In this document: positions 7,720 through 16,577 of the stretch, piece by piece
How the letters are laid out: every line of letters starts with the position of its first letter
Numbering within the stretch: the first letter of the stretch is position 1
NCBI GenBank assembly: GCA_034933685.1
Contig: JAYFNB010000017.1
Location: 371,683 to 403,682, forward strand
Direction: 5' to 3'
Origin: Lachnospiraceae bacterium
GTDB lineage: Bacteria > Bacillota > Clostridia > Lachnospirales > Anaerotignaceae
DNA: 32,000 nucleotides
Notes under the pieces: model-generated
What the model saw: only the letters and a program-made list of their open reading frames with translations
What the model was told of the DNA's origin: nothing
Database searches by the model: none
Position numbers and translations under genes: made by a program

Positions 7720-9395
7720 TCAATAACTGCCCCTCTAGCTGCTGAAGATGCAACTCTTGAGTAAAGTTTTAAATATCCATTTGGAATGTCTTTCTTTTCA
7801 GGACGTTTCCAGTTTTTAAGTCTTTCAGCAATAACTTCGTCAGATACGTGAAGTTCAAGTTTGCCTTCCATTACGTTAAGGTAGATTTCGTCACCGTCTT
7901 CAACAATAGCGATTGGACCACCATCAGCAGCTTCAGGAGAAATGTGTCCAACGAAGCAGCCGTTGTTTGTTCCAGAGAAACGACCGTCAGTAATAAGGGC
8001 TGTAGACATGTTAAGACCCATACCGTAAAGGTATTTCATAGCCTTGTACATTTCTCTCATACCAGGGCCGCCTTTAGGGCCTTCATAACGAACAACTACT
8101 ACATTGCCAGGCTTAACCTTTCCACCAAGGATTGCTTCTTCAGCATCTTCTTCACAATCGAAGCAGATAGCTGTGCCTGTAAATTCGTACAATGATGGAT
8201 CGAAAGCACCTGGTTTTGTAACACCTGTTTCAGGTGCAAGGTTACCTCTAAGCACTGCAAGACCGCCAGTTTGGCTGTAAGCTGTCTCTTTTGTTCTAAT
8301 AAGTTCTTTGTTTTCTGGATATGTGTATTTAACCTTTGCAAGTGTTTCACCAAGTGTCATAGCATTTGCAGTCATAACAGTAAGGTCAAGAGAATCACCT
8401 AAATGTTGCATTACTCTTGGCATACCGCCTGCAAAATAGAAGTCCTCAAGGCTCCAGTGGCTTGCAGGGTTAATTTTAGCAAGCTGTGGTGTTGTTTTAT
8501 TTAATTCATCAAATGCATCTACTACGTTAAATTCTTCATAAGGGATACCAGCTTCAATAGCAATAGCACTTAAGTGAAGAACCGCATTTGTTGAGCCTGA
8601 AACGGAAAGACAAGCCTTAATAGCATTTTTAATAGATTCTTTTGTGATGATGTCACGTGGTTTAATGTCTTTTTTAGCAAGTTCAACGCATTTTGCGCCA
8701 GTTGCGTATGCGCATCTTGATCTCTCAGCATAAACAGCAGGAATAACTGCACTGCCTGTAAGGCTCATACCAAGGGCTTCAGTTACACAGCCCATTGTAT
8801 TTGCTGTTCCAAAGAAAGAACATGATCCGCAGCCAGGGCCACAAGCGTCAATAAGGTTATCAAGCTCATCCTGATTAATTTTGCCTGCTGCAAGCATACC
8901 TTTAGCTTCATCAGGAGAAGTACCATCAGATTTTCTGCCGTCGAACTGGATACCGCCAAGCATTGGACCACCGTTGATAAGGATAGCAGGGATGTTAAGT
9001 CTTGCAGCTGCCATAAGCATACCAGGAACGATTTTGTCACATGACGCAACAAGGATAACTGCATCAAGCTGATGAGCCTGTACCATAATTTCAACTGAGT
9101 TACAGATAATTTCACGTGATGGAAGAATATATTTCATTCCAACGTGACCCTGTGCAATACCATCACAAGCAGCCATTACGCCAAATTCACAAGCTACACC
9201 GCCAGCAGCGTAAATACCTCTTTTAACGTATTCAGAAACCTGATTAAGGTTATAGTGACCAGGTACTAATTGGTTCCAAGAATTTGCAATACCAATTCTT
9301 GGTTTGTGTCCTAACTCATCTTCAGAATAACCCATGGATTTAAAGTAACCTTTACATGATAATTCCATAATTTCTTCACTGCGGAATTTTTCCAT
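7713..9395 (-). CDS. ilvD: dihydroxy-acid dehydratase (IlvD/Edd family; substrate uncertain)
   Basis: 560 aa. Family motifs CDGIAQGHVGMKYILPSREI, SCDKIVPGMLMAA, GCGSCSFFGTANTM, ALITDGRFSG. RBS aggggga. Confidence 0.88.
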   Translation of the reverse strand: MEKFRSEEIMELSCKGYFKSMGYSEDELGHKPRIGIANSWNQLVPGHYNLNQVSEYVKRGIYAAGGVACEFGVMAACDGIAQGHVGMKYILPSREIICNSVEIMVQAHQLDAVILVASCDKIVPGMLMAAARLNIPAILINGGPMLGGIQFDGRKSDGTSPDEAKGMLAAGKINQDELDNLIDACGPGCGSCSFFGTANTMGCVTEALGMSLTGSAVIPAVYAERSRCAYATGAKCVELAKKDIKPRDIITKESIKNAIKACLSVSGSTNAVLHLSAIAIEAGIPYEEFNVVDAFDELNKTTPQLAKINPASHWSLEDFYFAGGMPRVMQHLGDSLDLTVMTANAMTLGETLAKVKYTYPENKELIRTKETAYSQTGGLAVLRGNLAPETGVTKPGAFDPSLYEFTGTAICFDCEEDAEEAILGGKVKPGNVVVVRYEGPKGGPGMREMYKAMKYLYGMGLNMSTALITDGRFSGTNNGCFVGHISPEAADGGPIAIVEDGDEIYLNVMEGKLELHVSDEVIAERLKNWKRPEKKDIPNGYLKLYSRVASSAARGAVIDC

Positions 9396-9474
9396 TTTTA
9401 TTTCCCCCTTAAAATATTAACAACATACATATTATTAGCAGGCTTTCGCCGTTTACTACCTAAATTTAAAATAA

Positions 9475-10233
9475 TTAAATATTTAAATCACCCGAAATGG
9501 CTTTTGCAGTAAATTTAAGGCTTTCGCTTAATTCGGATAGGTCTATGCCACGTATTCTTGCAGTTGGACCAGTAAGACTTACAGAGGCAATCATTTTACC
9601 AGCGTTGCTGAAAACAGGCACTGCAACACAGCTTATACCCAGCTCGTATTCTTCATTATCAAATGCAAAACCACGTTTTCTAATGGAATTCAACTCTTTT
9701 TCAAGGTCGGGTGCATTATCAATGGTGTTTGGTGTAACTTTACGCAGACCAAGGGCTATAATGTTGTCGGAATTTTCTTTTGGCATAAATGCAAGAAAGC
9801 ATTTGCCAACGCCTGTGCAGAACAGTTCTTTTTTTGTGCCAATGCGTGTGTTGATTGAAATTGAACTTGAAGATTCGGTTTTGTCTATATAAACAACAAA
9901 TCCATTTTCTTCAATTGCCAAAAGGCAGGTTTCTTGAAACTTAAAGGAAAGCTTTTGCAAATGAGGGTTTGCTGCTTTTGCAAGCAAATTGCTTTGTGAC
10001 ACCGCACTGCCAAGGGCTAGTACTTTTAGACCGAGGCTGTATTTCAAGTTGTCTTCATTTTGGTGAAGATAATTAAGGTTTGCAAGGGTGTTGATTAAGC
10101 CAAAGACAGTGCTTTTGCTTAAATCAAGCTTAATTGCAATTTCTTTAACACTTTTTTCTCTGTTTCCATCTTCAAAAAGTTCCAAAATGGACATAGCACG
10201 TTCTAAAGACTGAATATTTTTAGTTTTCCCCAT
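9475..10233 (-). CDS. IclR family transcriptional regulator
   Basis: N-terminal wHTH (SLERAMSILELF...SVKEIAIKLDLSKSTVFGLINTL) and an IclR-type effector domain (ISCVAVPVF). 252 aa. Confidence 0.9.
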   Translation of the reverse strand: MGKTKNIQSLERAMSILELFEDGNREKSVKEIAIKLDLSKSTVFGLINTLANLNYLHQNEDNLKYSLGLKVLALGSAVSQSNLLAKAANPHLQKLSFKFQETCLLAIEENGFVVYIDKTESSSSISINTRIGTKKELFCTGVGKCFLAFMPKENSDNIIALGLRKVTPNTIDNAPDLEKELNSIRKRGFAFDNEEYELGISCVAVPVFSNAGKMIASVSLTGPTARIRGIDLSELSESLKFTAKAISGDLNI

Positions 10234-10297
10234 AGTTTAACCTCACATTGTCCGATAATACAGAATGCAATCCACAAACTTTCACTTATATTCTAAC

Positions 10298-10324
10298 AAA
10301 GCTTATTGCTAAAGTCAATAAGCT
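10298..10324. promoter_or_regulatory. perfect 10-bp inverted repeat (candidate operator or terminator)
   Basis: aagcttattg (10298-10307) - 7 nt - caataagctt (10315-10324), 65-90 bp upstream of the iclR start and 70-95 bp downstream of the DUF445 stop. Confidence 0.4.
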
Positions 10325-10392
10325 TGCAAAAACTTGTGTGAATTTTGTATCATAAAAAGTATAAATTATTTATATAAATATTTGTTTATTAT

Positions 10393-11919
10393 TTATATAA
10401 GGTCAATTAAAACTGGCAAAAGGCCTATAATAAAGCCCAAAACACCGCCAACAGCGGTGATTGCCTGAAGCTCTTTGTTAACTATTGCCAATATCAGTTC
10501 TTCGGTGTATTGGATGCTAAAAGAATTAATACGCTCCTCTACAATTTTTGGTACATTAAATGCGGTAAGAATTTTAGGAGCAATTGTTTTCAGACTAAAG
10601 CTATAAAGTGAGAAAACAGATTTTTTAAAGCTTTCAAACGTGTTTTCGCTTACTTTTTGTGCAAGGTAAGCAATTTTTTGTTCAAGGAGTCGGTTTGTTT
10701 GATTATTGATAACCTCTGTTATAAAAGAAATAGTTGTCTTGGAGAACATGCTGTTTGTAATGGAATCAGTAAAAATTTTAAGATTTTTTTCCGCATTATT
10801 GTCAATGGTGTTTAAAATATCTAGAATATTATTATCTCCATGTTCAGCAAGATATGAGGAAAGTTTGTTAATAAGACCATCAATGGTTTCACTTTTTGTA
10901 ACCTCATCGATTATAAAACCAACGGCTTTATTTATTGTTGCTTCACGCATTTCACCAGTTATAATTCCGCAAACTTCACCAACGGTCATATCCATTGCTT
11001 TATCAACTATAAGACTTACAGCGTGTTCTATTTCAGGCATGTTTTCAGGGTTGTTAATATAAACTGTAAGGCTTTCAATAAGGTGCACATATATATCATC
11101 TGCATTTATGAACATTCCCATAAACGGCCCTGCAAAGCTTTGAATAATGCCAATTATTTTTGCCTTAATTAGTTTTTCAACCTCTGGATTTTCTGTAAGG
11201 GAAATAAGTGCGTTTACTATTGCAGGTGTTTTTATGGCAAGATAATCTTTTACCCCTTGAACACTAGAGTAGGAGGCAACTGTGCATAATTTACGCTCGT
11301 CCTCTTTTAAATTGAGTAGAAATTCCCAAAGGCTTTTTTCTATAATATTGCGTACAATTCCTTTTTGAGCAATATCCTTAGTGCAAGACTTTACAGCTAC
11401 TTTTAGCACCTCAAGAAGCTTGTCTGCTGGAAGGTCTTTAATATTGGTTGATAGAAGAGTATATGCCTTATTATATATTATGGAATTTACATCCGCCTTA
11501 AGGCTTGGTTTAATCAAAAAGTTTTCTAATGTTAAGAGTGCACCTGCTTTTGCAGTATTAATAAAGCTATCCTTATCTTGTCCTAAAATATTGCTAATAG
11601 CCTCATCTACAGTAAGATAACTGCATTTTAAGGAGTTGAAACCTTTGTCTAATGAGGATGAGAGACTTGAAATAACATCAGGCTTGTTTAAATAATCCAG
11701 CATTACATCCTGTGTTAAGATATAGTTGCCTACAGTATCGCCAAGGCTTAGCGCAATCCGTTCCTTTTCTTTTGGGATAAGCCCTGGGGTAAACGGAACT
11801 TTTATTTTGCCTATATATAGTTGTTTGTGCGGTCTGAAAAGCATTTTTATTGCCAGCCAATTTGTAAAATAACCAATAACCGCACCTGCGGCAGGGGTAA
11901 TGATATAGTTAGGGTTCAT
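10393..11919 (-). CDS. DUF445 family membrane-associated protein
   Basis: N-terminus AGAVIGYFTNWLAIKMLFRPHK and a C-terminal TM helix, characteristic of DUF445 (YheB-like). RBS aggagg. Confidence 0.82.
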   Translation of the reverse strand: MNPNYIITPAAGAVIGYFTNWLAIKMLFRPHKQLYIGKIKVPFTPGLIPKEKERIALSLGDTVGNYILTQDVMLDYLNKPDVISSLSSSLDKGFNSLKCSYLTVDEAISNILGQDKDSFINTAKAGALLTLENFLIKPSLKADVNSIIYNKAYTLLSTNIKDLPADKLLEVLKVAVKSCTKDIAQKGIVRNIIEKSLWEFLLNLKEDERKLCTVASYSSVQGVKDYLAIKTPAIVNALISLTENPEVEKLIKAKIIGIIQSFAGPFMGMFINADDIYVHLIESLTVYINNPENMPEIEHAVSLIVDKAMDMTVGEVCGIITGEMREATINKAVGFIIDEVTKSETIDGLINKLSSYLAEHGDNNILDILNTIDNNAEKNLKIFTDSITNSMFSKTTISFITEVINNQTNRLLEQKIAYLAQKVSENTFESFKKSVFSLYSFSLKTIAPKILTAFNVPKIVEERINSFSIQYTEELILAIVNKELQAITAVGGVLGFIIGLLPVLIDLI

Positions 11920-11954
11920 TGTATAAAAAGCCTCCTAAAATTAATTTGTTTTTT

Positions 11955-11987
11955 AATGTAAAAAAGCCTGTATAAATAAATACAGGC
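11955..11987 (-). terminator. rho-independent terminator after rex
   Basis: Stem gcctgta (11966-11972) / tacaggc (11981-11987). On the minus strand it is followed by a T-run (plus-strand A-run 11961-11965). Confidence 0.8.
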
Positions 11988-12000
11988 CTTAAGGTACTTT

Positions 12001-12678
12001 CTATTCGTCAATATCATCTTTGATGTGTATATTTGAGGATTCATCAATTTCAACTTCGTTAATTTTGTAAAGCAGTGTCATAAGGCTGTCTGTAAGATGT
12101 ACATTTTCAACCTTTACGTCTTCAGGCATATCAAGGTCTACATGAGAGAAATTCCACATGCCCTTAACACCCCAATTGGCTAAATCGCTGGCAACTTTGC
12201 TTGCCTGTGACCTTGGAAGGGTAAGTATTGCTACATCTACTTTATTATTTTTAACAAATTCCTGCATACAGTCAACATCATAAACCTCAACGCCACGTAT
12301 GGTCATGCCAATAAGACGAGGGTTTACGTCAAACACGGCCGTAATAACAAAGCCACGTTTTTCAAAGTTTGTGTAATTAACAAGAGCCTGGCCAATATTG
12401 CCGCCACCAACAACAATAAGGTTGTAAACCCTGTCAAGACCTAAAATCTTTTTAATCTCGTTATAGAGATATTCTACATTATAGCCGTAACCCTGTTGTC
12501 CGAACCCTCCGAAATTATTAAGGTCCTGACGAATTTGGGAAGCGGTTATATTCATCTTAGTGCTTAGTTCCTTCGAAGAAATTCGAGTAATATCATTCTC
12601 AAGTAAATCCCCCAAATACCTGTAGTATCTAGGCAGTCTATTAATAACAGCACTAGAAATTTTTCTTTCATTATACAT
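12001..12678 (-). CDS. rex: redox-sensing transcriptional repressor Rex
   Basis: MYNERKISSAVINRLPRYYRYL..., Rossmann VVGGGNIGQAL; 225 aa. RBS ggggtgg before the ATG at 12678. The 372 aa ORF in the track is an upstream read-through artefact antisense to the ABC-F gene. Confidence 0.92.
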   Translation of the reverse strand: MYNERKISSAVINRLPRYYRYLGDLLENDITRISSKELSTKMNITASQIRQDLNNFGGFGQQGYGYNVEYLYNEIKKILGLDRVYNLIVVGGGNIGQALVNYTNFEKRGFVITAVFDVNPRLIGMTIRGVEVYDVDCMQEFVKNNKVDVAILTLPRSQASKVASDLANWGVKGMWNFSHVDLDMPEDVKVENVHLTDSLMTLLYKINEVEIDESSNIHIKDDIDE

Positions 12679-12704
12679 GTGAAAACCACCCCTTAGTAAC
12701 TTAG

Positions 12705-12734
12705 AGTATACCACCTTATTCAATTTATTGTCAA
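12705..12734 (-). promoter_or_regulatory. candidate rex promoter
   Basis: Minus strand reads TTGACA (12729-12734), 18-nt spacer, TGgTATACT (-10 at 12705-12710). Confidence 0.45.
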
Positions 12735-12763
12735 TGTTTTGTCTTTTATTTGTTTCTGATTTC

Positions 12764-12772
12764 TGGTATACT
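12764..12772 (+). promoter_or_regulatory. candidate extended -10 element for the ABC-F gene
   Basis: TGgTATACT at 12764-12772, about 10 nt before the RBS gaagggag. No good -35. Confidence 0.35.
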
Positions 12773-12799
12773 TTAGTGGATTGAAGGGAGTTGCTTGAA

Positions 12800-14719
12800 A
12801 TGATTTTAGCATGCAAAGATATTGCAAAGGCATACGGAATAGAAACAATACTGGAAAAAATAACTTTTAACCTTGAAGATAAGGAAAAAGCAGCAATTGT
12901 TGGTGTCAATGGTGCTGGCAAAACCACGCTTTTTAAAATAATTACAGGTGAGATAAGCCACGACAGTGGTGAGATTTTTATTAAAAAGGGAATCGAAACA
13001 GGATATCTTAAGCAAAATGCGGTTGTAGAGGGCGAAAAAACAATTTTTGATGAGGCACTTTCAGTTTTTGCAGAAGTAATAAAGGCAGAAAAGAACTTGA
13101 GAAAAATGGAGCAAGACATGGCAAGTCTTAGCGGTGAAGCATTGGCAAAGCATATGGAGAATTATGCTGAACTTCAACACAGTTTTGAAGAAAAAGATGG
13201 TTATGGTTATAAAAGCCGCGTTAAAGGGGTATTAAAAGGCCTTGGTTTTACAGAAGAAGAGTTTGAAAAACCAGTTTGGCAGCTTTCAGGAGGCCAAAAA
13301 ACAAGGGTACATTTGGCCAAGCTTCTTTTGGCAAAGCCTGAGTTATTATTACTGGACGAACCAACTAACCATTTGGATATTGATTCTATAAGTTGGCTTG
13401 AAGACTTCTTGCGTGGATATCAAGGCTCAGTGGTAATCATAAGCCATGACCGATACTTTATGGATAAAATAGTGACAAAAACCATAGAGATTGAGAATAA
13501 AAAAACATACGTGTTTGAAGGAAATTATTCGTTTTATGCAACACAGAAGGCCGTAAACAGAGAAATTCAGCTTAAAGCTTTTAACGACCAACAAAAAGAA
13601 ATTAAGCATCAAGAGGACGTAATTAAAACACTGCGCTCATTTAACAGGGAAAAGTCTATAAAACGTGCGGAAAGCCGTGAAAAGCAGTTAGATAAAATTG
13701 AAAGGGTTGAAAAACCAGACAATTTGCCAGACAAAATGCGCCTTACCCTTGTACCACGAATTATAAGCGGCAATGATGTACTTTTTGCCGAAGATTTAAG
13801 TAAAAGTTTTCCAGACAGACGACTTTTTGGCGGAGTAAACTTGGATATAAAGCGCGAAGACAAGGTTGCAATTATTGGACCTAACGGTATTGGCAAAAGT
13901 ACGTTATTTAAAATGCTTTTAGGCAAAGAAGTGAGTGACAGCGGAAGAATTAAGCTGGGTGCAAACGTTAATATTGGGTATTATGACCAGGAGCAACAGA
14001 ATTTTGATGAAAGAAAAACTATTTTTCAGGAAATAGCCGATACATACCCAACCCTTACAAATGGTGAAATTCGTAATGTTCTGGCGGCGTTTGTATTTGA
14101 AGGTGATGATGTATTCAAACCAATAAATGCCCTTAGTGGCGGCGAAAAAGGAAGGGTAATGCTGGCAAAAATAATGCTAAGTAAGGCAAATCTCTTAATG
14201 CTGGATGAGCCTACAAACCATTTGGATATGTTCAGCAAAGAAATACTTGAAGATGCAATAAACAGATATGAGGGTACGGTTGTGTATATATCCCATGATA
14301 GATATTTTATTAACCGAACTGCCCAGAAAGTATTAGAACTTACGGAAAACGGAATGAATCAATACCTTGGCAATTATGATTACTATATTGAAAAGAAAAC
14401 GTTGAAAGAACGTGAAGAACAGTTATTTGGAAATAAAGGGGCAGAAACAAAAATTGAGACAACCTCCGCAACAAAGCAGGATTGGCAGAGCCAGAAGGAA
14501 CAGCAGGCAAAAGAACGAAAAGTTAAAAACAAGATAGCCAAGATTGAAAAGGAAATAGAAGAAGTAGAGGAAAAAATAGTCAATCTTGACCAACAGCTTG
14601 CATTGCCAGAGGTGGCAACAGATGCCAGCAAGGCACAGCAGCTTTTTGAGGACAAAACAAAGCTTGAGGAGCGGATAGAAGAATTAATGCTGGAGTGGGA
14701 AGATAGCCACCAAGAGTAG
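12800..14719 (+). CDS. ABC-F family ATPase (two ABC domains, no TMD, C-terminal coiled coil)
   Basis: Two Walker A boxes (GVNGAGKTT, GPNGIGKST), two signatures (LSGGQKTRV, LSGGEKGRV), an inter-domain linker and a K/E-rich C-terminal coiled coil. The ATG at 12800 is 9 nt after the RBS; the TTG at 12791 in the track is less likely. Confidence 0.9.
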   Translation: MILACKDIAKAYGIETILEKITFNLEDKEKAAIVGVNGAGKTTLFKIITGEISHDSGEIFIKKGIETGYLKQNAVVEGEKTIFDEALSVFAEVIKAEKNLRKMEQDMASLSGEALAKHMENYAELQHSFEEKDGYGYKSRVKGVLKGLGFTEEEFEKPVWQLSGGQKTRVHLAKLLLAKPELLLLDEPTNHLDIDSISWLEDFLRGYQGSVVIISHDRYFMDKIVTKTIEIENKKTYVFEGNYSFYATQKAVNREIQLKAFNDQQKEIKHQEDVIKTLRSFNREKSIKRAESREKQLDKIERVEKPDNLPDKMRLTLVPRIISGNDVLFAEDLSKSFPDRRLFGGVNLDIKREDKVAIIGPNGIGKSTLFKMLLGKEVSDSGRIKLGANVNIGYYDQEQQNFDERKTIFQEIADTYPTLTNGEIRNVLAAFVFEGDDVFKPINALSGGEKGRVMLAKIMLSKANLLMLDEPTNHLDMFSKEILEDAINRYEGTVVYISHDRYFINRTAQKVLELTENGMNQYLGNYDYYIEKKTLKEREEQLFGNKGAETKIETTSATKQDWQSQKEQQAKERKVKNKIAKIEKEIEEVEEKIVNLDQQLALPEVATDASKAQQLFEDKTKLEERIEELMLEWEDSHQE

Positions 14720-14727
14720 GCATATAT

Positions 14728-14761
14728 AAAGTTCTTGAGGAAAAACCTCAAGAACTTTATA
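14728..14761. terminator. bidirectional rho-independent terminator
   Basis: 13-bp stem aaagttcttgagg (14728-14740) / cctcaagaacttt (14746-14758) between convergent genes. Confidence 0.85.
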
Positions 14762-14980
14762 TTATTTATTTTTTCTTGCCACAGGTGTATGGCTGCCATC
14801 TTCTTCAACAATAGTAATTTTTTCCATGGTTGCCATCATGTTTGACCTAAAGGCTAAAAGGTATTCTTTTCTTAAAATATCTCTTTCAGCAAGTTCTTCG
14901 GCAGTTAAGCCCTCTGTTTTTGCTTTGTGAGCAAGCTCGTTTATACGCAAAAGTCTTGCGGTTTCTTCATTTTCATTCAT
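14762..14980 (-). CDS. DUF896 (UPF0291, YnzC-like) small protein
   Basis: RINELAHKAKTEGLTAEELAERDILRKEYLLAFRSNM matches the conserved YnzC-family core. RBS aaggag. Confidence 0.85.
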   Translation of the reverse strand: MNENEETARLLRINELAHKAKTEGLTAEELAERDILRKEYLLAFRSNMMATMEKITIVEEDGSHTPVARKNK

Positions 14981-15050
14981 AGTAGGTTACTCCTTTGAAA
15001 AAATAATTCATTAATCAGTATATGTTAGCACAAAATACTAATCCGTACAA

Positions 15051-15079
15051 TAGACTTTTTTCTAGATATGGTGTAGAAT
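15051..15079 (+). promoter_or_regulatory. candidate promoter for the 15114 gene
   Basis: TAGACT (15051-15056), 17-nt spacer, TAGAAT (15074-15079). Confidence 0.4.
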
Positions 15080-15113
15080 ATATAAAAGATTAGAATGTTT
15101 TAGGAGGGTTGTT

Positions 15114-15515
15114 ATGAGAAGCGGATTATTTCTAACTATAGTTGTATATGGACTGGTTTTTATGTTTGTTGGTAGAGCAAAAATGCGAAGAAGCGGCGAT
15201 TATTCGCAGCAAAATCGAGAGGTTGGCAGTCCTGGGCAGTCGTATCATAGGGCAAGAACCACCGTAAATACAACACAAAGAACATCTGTACCGATGAGAC
15301 CAAAGTCACAGCAAACAGCAGCAACAAGATTTCCGAACCCAACCCATTTAAACAACAGTTTTGGCATGGGCAAAGAACATGATGACTTTATTTCCAGCGA
15401 AAAACGAAAGAACACTGGAAGGTTTTTTGGTGGTATTGGTAAAAACAAAGAGATAGATTGCGATTTGGACGAGAGGATATTTGGTTCAAGGAATCAACAT
15501 AAGGACATATTTTAA
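15114..15515 (+). CDS. hypothetical small membrane-anchored protein
   Basis: RBS aggaggg, one N-terminal TM helix, then a polar Q/R/S/T-rich tail. It has its own candidate promoter and a strong terminator. No family recognised. Confidence 0.6.
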   Translation: MRSGLFLTIVVYGLVFMFVGRAKMRRSGDYSQQNREVGSPGQSYHRARTTVNTTQRTSVPMRPKSQQTAATRFPNPTHLNNSFGMGKEHDDFISSEKRKNTGRFFGGIGKNKEIDCDLDERIFGSRNQHKDIF

Positions 15516-15518
15516 GAA

Positions 15519-15561
15519 AACACCATGGTGGATTAACACTAATCCACCACGGTGTTTTTTT
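15519..15561. terminator. bidirectional rho-independent terminator
   Basis: 14-bp stem caccatggtggatt (15521-15534) / aatccaccacggtg (15541-15554) with one mismatch, then T7. The T-run overlaps the stop of the convergent dehydrogenase gene. Confidence 0.88.
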
Positions 15562-16534
15562 ATCTGATTTTTATATTTTTATTAACAAGATTGTATGGAG
15601 TTTCACCTTTAAGCACTGTTAATACACCGCTTAAAGATTCATTACACATATTTATACGCACCTGCATTGTTTGTGTACCTACATGGGGATTAAGCACAAC
15701 GTTTTCACAAGCCAGAAGGTTTTGACCGATTGTAGGTTCAAACTCATATACATCTAATGCGGCACCTTTAAGGGTTCCGTTATTAAGAGCATCTACCAAT
15801 GCGCTTTCTTTAACAATTGGCCCACGAGCTACATTAATAAGGAAGCTGCCTTTTTTCATTGTGGACAAAAGTCGTTCATCTACTAAGTGGTGATTTTCCG
15901 TGGTGTATGGCATATGCAATGAAATACAATCGCACTGTGAAAACAATTTTTCCAATGACATATATTCAACATTCATTTCTTTTTCAGCCTCTGGGCTTAA
16001 TGGAAATGGGTCGTAATAGGCAACCTTCATACCTAAAACCTGTGCTTTTTTGCAAACAGATTTACCAATGCGTCCGAAGCCTGCAATTCCAAGGATATGT
16101 CCAAACACCTCAACTGCCTTATCTTCAAAGGCTCTACTTGTCCATTCACCTTTTCGTATGCTTTTATCATAAGCCACTATATTACGCATTGATGCCATAA
16201 TAAGCCCGATGGTAAGTTCGGCGGTTGCTTCTGTTACGCTTGTGGGCGAGTTTATAACTGCTATATTTTTTTCTGTGGCATAATTAACGTCTATGGAATC
16301 ATAACCAACGCCAAGGTTTGCGATGGCTTTCAGGTTTATGCCTGCATCAATTACTGCTGTATCAGCTTTGTTAAAAATAGTAAGAAGTGCATCGAATTGA
16401 GCTACCATTTCAAGAACTTCATTGTGTGAAAAGGAAGTTTTTTCCTTGATGGGGTAAACTAAATCCAATTCATTTTTGAATTTATCATTTACTGCATCGG
16501 GTATCCACTGGGTTACTAATACTTTAGGTTTCAT
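15560..16534 (-). CDS. D-isomer-specific 2-hydroxyacid dehydrogenase (glyoxylate/hydroxypyruvate reductase-like)
   Basis: NAD fold GIAGFGRIGKSV, catalytic-region motifs NVARGPIV and NPHVGT. 324 aa. Confidence 0.9.
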   Translation of the reverse strand: MKPKVLVTQWIPDAVNDKFKNELDLVYPIKEKTSFSHNEVLEMVAQFDALLTIFNKADTAVIDAGINLKAIANLGVGYDSIDVNYATEKNIAVINSPTSVTEATAELTIGLIMASMRNIVAYDKSIRKGEWTSRAFEDKAVEVFGHILGIAGFGRIGKSVCKKAQVLGMKVAYYDPFPLSPEAEKEMNVEYMSLEKLFSQCDCISLHMPYTTENHHLVDERLLSTMKKGSFLINVARGPIVKESALVDALNNGTLKGAALDVYEFEPTIGQNLLACENVVLNPHVGTQTMQVRINMCNESLSGVLTVLKGETPYNLVNKNIKIR

Positions 16535-16577
16535 ATTGTCATCATCTCTTTCTGAATGTATTTATTTACTAGCAATT

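Noticed and set aside
10360-10392. The AT-only palindrome atttatataaat just after the DUF445 stop.
   Set aside because: It is a pure A/T palindrome in a very AT-rich spacer, expected by chance and too weak to call a terminator or operator.
10234-12800. Rex operator (TTGTGAA-N4-TTCACAA or TTGTTAA-N4-TTAACAA) near rex or the dehydrogenase genes.
   Set aside because: Half-sites occur only singly, mostly inside coding sequence. No palindromic pair appears in any intergenic region of the window.
12679-13119. An N-terminal extension turning Rex into a 372-aa protein that overlaps the ABC-F gene.
   Set aside because: The extension is antisense to the ABC-F coding region and has low-complexity composition. 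The canonical Rex N-terminus MYNERK... begins at 12678 with its own RBS and promoter.
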